A DNA stretch of 63,341 nt, the filler included, from Hyphochytrium catenoides (lineage: Eukaryota > Protista > Hyphochytriomycota), in the NCBI GenBank assembly GCA_900088475.1. It is 5 parts of 5 records of this genome, joined end to end, with 100 filler letters (N's around TTAATTAATTAA, not from the genome) between each part and the next. Parts side by side here need not be neighbours in the genome. Positions count along the whole stretch, not along the records: positions 43,840 to 57,659 come from FLMG01001672.1; positions 57,760 to 63,341 come from FLMG01004673.1; 3 more parts are not named here. One strand, written 5' to 3'. Under the pieces are notes generated by a model, which made no database searches, was not told the origin of the DNA, and worked only from the letters and a program-made list of their open reading frames with translations. Shown here in pieces: positions 49,939-58,954 of this stretch (position 1 is the stretch's first letter; every line of letters starts with the position of its first letter). The position numbers were made by a program, and so were the translations under genes.

Positions 49939-50649
49939 TTACTCTTTCTTTGACTGCTTCCTCTTTGTCCCTTTTACTCTTTTCCCTCCTGAGGGAGATG
50001 CACCTTGGCTCCTCGGTCCTTTATCGCTTCTTAGCCGCCAGTAACTTCCCAGTGTGATGAGGTAGACCGCGGCATAGGCTAATATGCAGGACCACTTCAG
50101 CTTCACAAAGGTTGATCCTGACTCTACCAATGCTCTCCATAGCACAGAGCTAGGAGAAGAAGGGTTCCACAGGGTGGTGGTGATGAGAATTTGGCAAGCG
50201 TTCTCAATGACGTCGAAAACTAAGGCAATGACGGGAAGAAGCACGAGCGTGTCATAAAGATTCCCAGACGCTTGCTCCCCTGAAACTAGCCGCCGTTTGG
50301 AGCCTAGCCAAGCTGCTAGAAGTCCCAGCAGCATTGTGTATCCAGCCATAATGAAGACATAATCGTACACCTCTAGAACAAGGTATAAGTATCTGCCATG
50401 AGGTCCTAGTTTCTCTATGTACTCGTGGGCTCCTTCAACAGAATAACCACCGAAGCGGCCATCAAAGGGCTGGATAGATGCTCGAGGAGAAAGGTTGTTC
50501 TCCTTGACGAAGTCTTCAGATGCTTCGTCGAGCTTTTTGGTGATGATACCGGCCACGAGGAATGCAGCAGCAGTATAGACGGCTGCACCACGTAAGGAAC
50601 TAGGATGATCCGTGAGCAGTTTCTCAAATCGGTCTGCAAGGAACGGCAT
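49939..50649 (-). CDS. Uncharacterised multi-pass membrane protein, paralog 2
   Basis: From ATG 50649 (MPFLADRF): PFDGRFGGYSVE....IEKLGPHGRYLYLVLEVYDYVF...LLPVIALVFDVIEN...KLKW. It has about 5 hydrophobic segments and no introns. Confidence 0.85.
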   Translation of the reverse strand: MPFLADRFEKLLTDHPSSLRGAAVYTAAAFLVAGIITKKLDEASEDFVKENNLSPRASIQPFDGRFGGYSVEGAHEYIEKLGPHGRYLYLVLEVYDYVFIMAGYTMLLGLLAAWLGSKRRLVSGEQASGNLYDTLVLLPVIALVFDVIENACQILITTTLWNPSSPSSVLWRALVESGSTFVKLKWSCILAYAAVYLITLGSYWRLRSDKGPRSQGASPSGGKRVKGTKRKQSKKE

Positions 50650-51729
50650 GATGTCACCTAGAAAGGAGAGTGGAGACCAACCTAGTTGTTGCTGCTTCGC
50701 ACTGACCTTGCCTGGAAGAAAGAGCTCCTCTTGGGCCCAGAGAAGAGTGGGAATGAAGCTTCTGAGGTTGATGTCATGGTTCTGCTGCTGGCTTGAGATG
50801 GCCACTTGGCGAGTTTAGTGAGGCAGGGAAATTTCTAAGCGTAAGGTAATATTAGGAAGAGAGCTGTGACCACACGACCTTATTAGCCTCTAACGCCGAA
50901 CCCCTTTCTAGTACCCTACAAGTACAAGTAACGTTTTTTCGGTTTGCCTAACCAAACATAGGTAGGGCAGGCCGTAACGTTTTGCATCAGAGAAGGAGAG
51001 AGAAAAAAAAGGAAGAAGAGAAGAAAGAAGAAGAGACCTTAGGGCTTGGAATGCCCTTAGTCAGCATAGTGCTATTATATCGGTCCCGTGAAGGCGATAG
51101 TATGCGTCGTGCTAAGCGTTAGTTGTTCGCAGAAGACGTCATTAGTTATAATTCTTGCTGCACAAGAACGATGCTTTCCCTGCTGCTCTCATTAGCTTGG
51201 TCTCTAAAGTCAATGGAAATATCTGTAGACTCCATTCGGGGCTCTGGGCCTCCCAAAGTCGCTATGATGGCAGCGAAGAGGAACTAAGACCACTTTCACG
51301 AGCAGCAAAGAAGACCCCAATACTCTTCAAGGCCAATCTTAACCTTTCCTGCTGACCATATTATCGCAAACGAGAACTACTAAGCAAATATCCTCCTACT
51401 ATGGTGTTTTACTGTGCAAAACCAGGATAACTGGCAGCTGTGAAGGTACTATTCAAAATGCAAACCAGTGGTCTCTTGGTGGCCTTCTGAAAAAGGACTA
51501 TCTGCGCTACTGATTGTTGGAATAGTATGACAACCGTTTTACTGAACAGTGAGATGATCGAAGACAATAATACACTGGATTTACTTAACCCATCCTTGCA
51601 GCAGTCGCAACTCAGCGTTTCGGTAGCTGGAGAGCGTGAAAAGTAGAGTAGAGTTAGAGTGATGAGCTTGTTGAGCGGAGTACTATGGCCCTCGTAGTTA
51701 TGTTCATGCATTTTTAACTTAGGCACCTA

Positions 51730-52662
51730 TGTGTAACGATGGGATGGTGGATCAACAAGAAGCTCCGTGGTGGTGCTAGCTATGGCGGAGAGTTTTTTCC
51801 TGCTTTCATTCGAAGACTTGACTCCAAGGCCCAGAGCCATCCTTCCTTCCAAAGTTACCTATTTTGCTACTAAGCCATCCGGTCCAGAAAGGCACGGGTA
51901 CAAGCGTATGAAGGCAGAACTAGGTTGGAAGAAGAAGCTCAACCTATTGACCTGGCAGACCCACAACGATTTGAAAGAAGTAAATAAAGAAGTGTGAGGA
52001 TCTCAACCGCAGAGTGCGACTTCGCCTTGATGCCCAGTTTGGTGGTCCTATGAGCTATCTGTCCAAACCAGAGCGGGATGATCTTATGCGCTATATGGTA
52101 ACTCGGCGGTCCATAAGCCTTATTATTAAGGACCATGCCAAGAAGCTTCTCTCAAAGGCAGAAGTATTGAGGAAGCATATTAAAGATGGCACCCAGCATC
52201 TGCTGTTGTTAGCTCATCTCAATAGAGGACGCAGAGCAAGAGGATCTGCAGCGATACTGCTGGAGGAAGTTCTCCAAGGAGGCAGACCTCAGCAGAGCGG
52301 ATGGCAGTTATGAAGGGATTTCAAAGATGAAGAAACGACAGTCAGCCATTCATGCTCTTAAGGAGACTATCAAGCCCAAGAAGCAGCTCAATAGGGTTAC
52401 TCAACAATGCCATGCGGTGCATCTATTATTGACGGACGCTGCGTTGCAGGCAGAACGCAAAGCAATTGCCGATGATGCAGCAGTTTCCGCGGCTATTAAG
52501 CAACTGTTAACCCGTTCGAAGCACGGTCTGGCAGACTTGGAGTGGAGTGTAGGTGAATTCCTGAAGACATATCAGCAACAGGATCGCATACCAGAACCTG
52601 GAGAAGCGTCTCCTGGCAACCCGCTTCTAAGCCATTTTGTAAAACTTGTACTGTACAAGTAG
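51730..52662 (+). pseudogene. Decayed coding sequence of unknown family, possibly a transposon relic
   Basis: Three successive overlapping + strand ORFs (51767-51997, 52014-52313, 52327-52662) read like one frameshifted protein. No diagnostic motif. Confidence 0.4.
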
Positions 52663-53034
52663 TCAACCGTGTCGGCCTTAACGTCACCATTTTAAGGTGG
52701 GTGGGCTGATAGAAGTCCCTTATGATAGTATGCGTTAGAATGGGATGGGTGATAGTTCTTGTTAGTGGTCAGCTGCAGGGGGGTCGGACAGAAGGTTCAG
52801 ATAGAAAGTGCAGGTCCCCTACAACGCCGCTCAACCCGTGTTCACCGATAAAATTGAATAAGAAAGGCCTCTCTGGACTTCTGATGAAGAGTTCGTATCG
52901 TAGCAAGGCACCATCTCTGCATGCTGCTGCTACCTGCTGTCACCACCACTGCCAGCACTTGTACTCGTAGCATATTTGTCCGTGTTCGATGTTTCTTCTT
53001 GCATAAGCAGAGCTCACCGGTACTGGAAGGTGTC

Positions 53035-53829
53035 ATGGCATCGACTGCTGTTGAGAAAGAGATTAAAGTAATGGAGGAGACAAAAGGGCAGGCGAAAGAA
53101 GAAGACGGAGGTCTCTTTTCAAAGGAAGTGGCTGGAGTCGCAGCAGCGGGAGCCGCTGGTGCAGCCTTTGCCCCCGCCGCTGTAACTTACGGAGTTGGTT
53201 TATTGGGCTTCTCCGCAAACGGGATCGTGGCAGGATCGTACGCTGCCGGTATGATGTCATCGGCGGCTATAGCAAGTGGGACAGGAGGCGTGACAGCTGG
53301 ATCTACCGTGGCTATATGCCAGTCAATTGGTGCTGTGGGTCTTGGATCAATGGCTCTCCCTGTTGTTGCTACTGGCGGGCTCGTGGCGGGACTTGGCGCT
53401 GCCGCTTTCTTAGGTGTGAGGCATATGACTAGAAAGAAAGAGGAAGAGCCATTACATTTTAAACTGTATAGACCTTGGACTATCAAAGAACTGAAGAAGC
53501 TCTTTACTTCGGAAGAGCTTCAATTTCTCTTACGCTTCTTAGGCACCCCGACCACGTCGCAGGCAGTCGGCGGTGGGGAGAAGGGCAATGAAGTGGAAAG
53601 TCTGTTTGCGTACCTTCAAATTAATATTTCTCCCTGTGAGTCTGGCGGTGACGAGCAAGCTATGAGCCTCAAGGTCTGCAGAGCCGCCAGTAAAGTGAAG
53701 GCAGAACTCAGAGTGCTCGGCATCTCACAGCTGGAGACCTTACACAAATTTCTCGGCATGGACATTGCGGACCTCATCTCCTCCCTGTTGAGAGAGAGAA
53801 TTGAGAGCGCCATGGTCTCCTCCCTATGA
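53035..53829 (+). CDS. IFI6/IFI27 (ISG12) domain protein with an additional C-terminal helical domain
   Basis: LGFSANGIVAGSYAAGMMSSAAIASGTGGVTAGSTVAICQSIGA closely follows the ISG12 consensus (GFT..GI.AGS.AA.MMS..AIA.GGGV.AGS.VA.LQS.GA). The likely start is ATG 53035, and the gene is intronless. Confidence 0.9.
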   Translation: MASTAVEKEIKVMEETKGQAKEEDGGLFSKEVAGVAAAGAAGAAFAPAAVTYGVGLLGFSANGIVAGSYAAGMMSSAAIASGTGGVTAGSTVAICQSIGAVGLGSMALPVVATGGLVAGLGAAAFLGVRHMTRKKEEEPLHFKLYRPWTIKELKKLFTSEELQFLLRFLGTPTTSQAVGGGEKGNEVESLFAYLQINISPCESGGDEQAMSLKVCRAASKVKAELRVLGISQLETLHKFLGMDIADLISSLLRERIESAMVSSL

Positions 53830-54579
53830 AGAGGGTTAGAAGGATATAAAGGAGAGGTTTGCTGTAAGAGAAGAGACTAGCAGTAAGCTTGCCCACCGGC
53901 GCTGACGCCAAGCTTCACTACTATTATCCAACAGCAGCAGTGGGACATCAGTGGCACTAAGAGATAGCAGTGCTACTGGCGAACAATCAGCAGATTGAAT
54001 ACTGGCTGCCCCTCCCTTACAATGCCACTCCTCTGCGGAATCTGCTTACTCTTACTCACCAAACAACTACTAAGAGTAAATAGTGACCACAGCAGCTTCT
54101 CCCTCCGCTCTTCTCCACCCGATCCTTTACCTACTCCTTAGCGTCAAGTCATCAGTCATTCGCTCTTCCTCTTTCCCTCCTCCTTCCTCTACTGATGATT
54201 CTTCTTTCAGCAACAGAAAGCGATCGATAAAGTACCAGAAAGGCCAGGGACCAAAGACTGGTAAATCGACAGCTAAGCATCAATGTTGAGACTTACGAAT
54301 TGCCTGTCTGATCCTGCTCCACCGACAAAAATGCTATTGATGACAAGCAGAAGAAGAGGCAACACGCAGCAGACTGTAGATAAGAAGAAGTAAGGCGATA
54401 CTGGTGAAATGATAAAGACATGAGAGACGGCTGGTAGAGAAGACAGAGGAGACAAAAGAAAGATTTCACAAAGAGAACCTTTAGAAGGGCAGAGGAGGCA
54501 GCAATAGATGGAGTTCTTTCAACAGTATCAATCAAATAGAAAGAGAGGAATATTATTTCTTTTCACGCTATTCAAAAAA

Positions 54580-56150
54580 ACACCTCCTTTTGCATACTTG
54601 GCACCTTGATGATGGCACGTTGATAGGACGCCATGCTTCTGTTCTCAAGGCTCTTAAGCTCATTGACGATCTCTCCCCTTCCTTGGTCTCTCTTTGAACC
54701 TCGCTAAATGCGAGCTATGGTGGCCTTCTCGAACCTCGTCTCCGGTAGACTTTCCCCCGGCGATTAAACGGGTCTCTCCGTCTGGAGTAGTGCTTCTTGG
54801 GGCTCCTAATTGGCTCCCCAGCTTTTGTTTCTTCCTTCTTGTCTTCTTTCTTAGCTCGCCTCCTTTCTGATTGATTCTCTTCTCCACCAAGTTGAGGACC
54901 TCCAAGTTCGTCTCGCCATTTTTCGAGGCTGCCTGAGCGTGGTCAAGATCAATCACCTCCTCCGCACTTGTCCCTTGGTTCTCCTTGCATGTCAATTGCC
55001 CGATTTTGACCTGAGGTCTGGGCAGTTTTTATGTCATCTTCTGGGTTGGGACTCCTCGGTTCCCTTTCCCGATTCTGCATGGGAGCAGGCTTCTCTTCCG
55101 ATCAAGCTTGGCAATCTGGGTCTTCTTCCTGCTTCTGCTAATTCACGTCCTGCTTACCTAAGTTCTCTCGCGCTCTCTTATGAACTTGTGTCGGCACTAT
55201 TGGGTTTGCGCCCCCCATCAACTTGCCAACCCACATGCGACGGTTAAGTGCGCTCTTCGTTCCCTCTACGATGACGTTGGGTTGCGGGAGCAGTCAGAGG
55301 AGCGCCACGGCTTCCTCCAGCTTGTTGCTGGTGTCAAGGAATTACAGCATAAGTCTGCCCCCGTCTTCGGAAATGCGGTCACCTCCGTCTTCTTTCTCTT
55401 CCTCCTCCTTTTTCTCTGGCTCGTCTTCGTTCGGTTTCGCTCCCACATGCTGGGGCCTTTCCTGCCGCTTCTCCCTGTGGAGCGCTTCTGCACAAGGCTC
55501 AATCTCCTGTTCTATTTCGGGCTATGCTCGCCGTTTTCTTGGTCTCCCCTTTCTTCGGGCCCCGTCTGTATGTGAGAGTTGCAGGAAGCCTGAAATGGAT
55601 ATCTATGGTGACCACGCAATGGTCTGCCGCACTGGTGGGGGTGCCTTTCGCCGTCATAATTGAGTTCTCTCTCTGTTGTGCACTGCGGTGTCGGAAGCTG
55701 GATGATACCACCGCTGTTCCCGTGAGCCCCTTCACTTACTGTCTCGGTCTCCTTTCTCCCGCCCTGGTGATCCACCAGCAACTCCTGGCTATGATGGCAA
55801 TAATCGCTTCCCAGTCACAACACACATACATTCAGCATGCAGCGCTCGAGGCTGGCTACGGTGCTAGATTAAGTCATGATGCCAAGCTCGCTCGTTACGG
55901 GGAGGAATGTGCGGGAACAGGATATGGTTTCGTCCCGCTGGTCTGGGAGACATTTGGTGGAGCTACCACGGAAGTCCACGCAGCAACGCTCCGCCACTTA
56001 CTGGATTAGAGCAGTTCGCGACAGGTGCGGAGGAGGGGGTTTGTCTTCTTCTTCTCTCTTCAGTTCCATCTATGATGAGAGGGTATCAACACATATCCAG
56101 CGCTGTAATGCACAGATGGTGCGCAGTCGCCTTCCTTTGCCACGGGCAAT
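54580..56150 (+). mobile_element. Decayed, 5'-truncated CRE-clade (restriction-like endonuclease) non-LTR retrotransposon
   Basis: Motifs in order: RT WHLDDGTLIG (about 54599), GLSLNLAKCELW, frameshifted LLGAP(I)GSPAF, KINHLLRTCP, QASLPIKLGNLGL...AYLSS. These are followed by zinc finger CESC...GDHAMVC...RRHN and endonuclease KLARY...FVPLVWETFGG. Many stops and frameshifts. Confidence 0.88.
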
Positions 56151-56459
56151 TCGGGAGGATGTTCTACAGCAACAGCAACAACTGCAGCAGATCCGCCGAT
56201 GGAGGAGAAGTGGAGCCGCAGTCCAGAGTTTTAGGCTGGCACGAAGTTTCAGCTCAATCGGGCTTCAGGGTCCAGAGTTACGAGCGGTCTCCTGAAGCCT
56301 TCCAGAAGCCTAACATTATTGCTACAGTATTAGAAACCAGTCTCAACCAGATGATCACAAAACTTTCCAGTAACGAACAAAATCTAACAACTCGTACGGT
56401 TTTTTCGTTTGTAAGTTGGGTGTTCCATAGCCCATGGTTTTCCTAACAAATTTCCCTCA

Positions 56460-56676
56460 TTATAATGAGTCAAAATTATTTATGATCGTTACCGGCTCGA
56501 TTTATGGCCGAAGCTGGCCTCAAGACAGAAGGTCAAGCTCGGCCGTCCGGCCATCTTTGTGGATGCCGTCCGGTACCAACCATCTGAGACTACATACCAA
56601 GAGATCTGTTCAAGTCGCATGGGCTAATTCGTCCTGAGAGCAAAGTTATGACCCTCCAAAAATTGACTCATTATAA
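56460..56676. mobile_element. MITE-like non-autonomous element with 14-bp terminal inverted repeats
   Basis: TTATAATGAGTCAA near 56460-56473 and its reverse complement TTGACTCATTATAA at 56663-56676. A further TAATGAGTCAAAATT starts at 56677. Confidence 0.5.
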
Positions 56677-57659
56677 TAATGAGTCAAAATTCTGCGGCTT
56701 AGGGATATGCCAAGGAATAGGAGAGCTACTTTTGGCTACTTGAAACCTATAGAACTAATATGAAGTACTAATAACTTTTTTGCAGAGTGCCTGGTCGTCA
56801 GCTACCGGCAATAATAATGAATGAATGAGTCCGTTGTTGTTTGTTTTACTCTAGGGAGGATCATTTTACAACCAGCGGACAGACAGATGATGAGCGGACT
56901 ATTATTTTTTTGAGGAAGCATCTTGGATTATTGCTATGTGATTTGATGAGGAACTGCTACCCTTGCACGTGGCCTCGCTGGATCGACATGGCTGTATTAT
57001 GTAGTACTACCGCGCTGTTTGCACCTTGATGCTGGCATTTATCCAGGTCTTCATTGCCAGAGTGAGGGTGCACCACACCAGCCACGTTCCCCTCAAAATT
57101 AACATTATTTTTTCCGCTGGAACCATGCTATGCTCTTTTTTGTGGTCACATTGAGGCTTATGCGGGGTCGCCCGCACCATCATCAGTCGTTGCTGCTCTT
57201 TTCGACGATAATGATACCTTGTCTATCTATCTGGTGGTGACGAAGAGGTTGATGATTGATAGTACACTCTTTCAGGATGCTATCACTGCTGTTTGCGGTA
57301 TGATACGGCAGGCAAGCCATGAGGACTTACAATGAGATTGAGGCAGCGAACAATTGTTGACTGGGACGACAGAAGGCAATGTCGTTGTTTGGCTTTGTTG
57401 AAGTCAAAGCGAAGAGAAGATGGATGAGAAGGCCTATGCGCCAGCCACTCATCATCCATCATCACTAGTAAGCGTCATCCAGCAGCAGCAGTCACCAGGC
57501 GTGAATAATGAGGGTGAAGATGCACTCATCAGAGGACGAGACACAACAAATATCGTAGATCTATAGGAAAGAAAGACGTTATTATCAAGGTTGAAGCAGA
57601 AGGGTTTTCTTATAACACTGTAAATCGACAGGGTTGTACTTCAGATGTGTTGATGGTGT

Positions 57660-57759
57660 NNNNNNNNNNNNNNNNNNNNNNNNNNNNNNNNNNNNNNNNN
57701 NNNTTAATTAATTAANNNNNNNNNNNNNNNNNNNNNNNNNNNNNNNNNNNNNNNNNNNN
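57660..57759. other. Artificial contig-joining spacer
   Basis: 44N-TTAATTAATTAA-44N. Confidence 0.97.
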
Positions 57760-57990
57760 TTAAAGTTCAACGTATTCGGAGCGACCGAGGTGGGGAATAC
57801 TGCTCGGAGGCTATGAAGGAGTATTGCAAGACACGTGGCATTCTACATGAGCTTACAGCTCCACACAGTCCAGCGCAGGCAGAACGAAGTTGCCGAGCGA
57901 CGGCAGAGAACTCTTGTGGAGTCTGCCCGGTGCATGCTACATGCTGCCAATAGAGTCCCCAGTATTTATGAGGACAACTCAGAAGGTATT
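57760..57990 (+). mobile_element. Ty1/copia integrase fragment joined by deletion to an RNase H fragment
   Basis: RIRSDRGGEYCS...GILHELTAPHSP(frameshift)QNEVAERRQRTLVESARCML is followed directly by PSIYEDNSEGI. Confidence 0.85.
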
Positions 57991-58019
57991 CCTTACACTC
58001 TTTCCCTTTCTACGTAGAC

Positions 58020-58330
58020 CTCCTCCTTTTGAAGCGGCCAGAGACAGCAGGTCGCTGTAGTGCCCCCAGGAATCCTTCAAGACTTCCTCTGCGTCTGTAA
58101 GCATAGTGTCAGGCTCCCAAAACGCGTCCTGGTCAGATAACCTTTCCATTTAACTGAGTATTGTCTGCGGCGTCTATGCAAACGAGTGTTGTGGATTCTT
58201 TCCACTTCGTATTCTTCGTGACCATCAATGATGTCAGGTGGTGGTGGGGTAGGTTCTTGCCGATGGTCCGTGGGCGGGATGTACTGTTTCAGCTGAGAGA
58301 CAGTACACGTCCGACCGGAAACGGCCCTAG
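58020..58330 (-). mobile_element. Ty3/gypsy chromovirus integrase C-terminus and chromodomain fragment
   Basis: VSQLKQY...PPPPDIIDGHEEYEVERIHNTR...QYSVKWKGY. A purine tract (AAAAGGAGGAGG) follows on the minus strand near 58018-58030. Confidence 0.85.
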
Positions 58331-58513
58331 GAACACCTGTCCCAACTATTTCTTGGCCTGGCCTTTTCATAATGGGAAGTTAGTGCTGTGGTTTTCACTA
58401 ATACCAGGTCGTCTGTCCTGAAGAGGACTTCTCTGTTAGATTTTATAAATCATTGGATGGTGAGCACTTTGAATTAATATTGGGGGGTGTCTGGATATAC
58501 CGGAGAAACGTTT

Positions 58514-58594
58514 TGTACGCTCCGGGATTTGAACCCAGGACCTCTGTCTTTGATGCCGACACCCTAACCAGTATGCACCATACACCAAACGTAC
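58514..58594 (-). ncRNA. tRNA-like sequence (tRNA pseudogene or tRNA-derived SINE head)
   Basis: Minus strand shows an acceptor stem GTACGTT/AGCGTAC, A-box-like TGGTGTA-TGGTGCA (duplicated) and T-arm CTGGG-TTCAAAT-CCCGG (B box). The anticodon arm is irregular (TGTC-GGCATCAAA-GACA). Confidence 0.7.
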
Positions 58595-58954
58595 GCTTGA
58601 CTAATCTCCGTTTTTCTTTATATACCAGGGATTTTCCCCTCTGCGTCGTCCGCTGTACACTTTTTGGTTTCAGCGTCGATCACAGTTCAATATTATCGAC
58701 AAAATTTTTGTAAATTATCCCCATATTTGACAGGATATTTGACAGCAGTTAACCATATTTGACACTTTTGTGAGTTGACACCCAAAGCTCTTAATTCACA
58801 AAACGAGTCAATTATACCAGCTTGCGGTGTGAAATATACCTTATTTGACACCATTTTGGTTTACCATTTTTGACATTTTGTCAAAGATGTTGTGTGGACG
58901 CACGCGATGTCTCTGCAGTCAAAACTCGGGTACTCTCTCTACTTCTAGAGAAAA

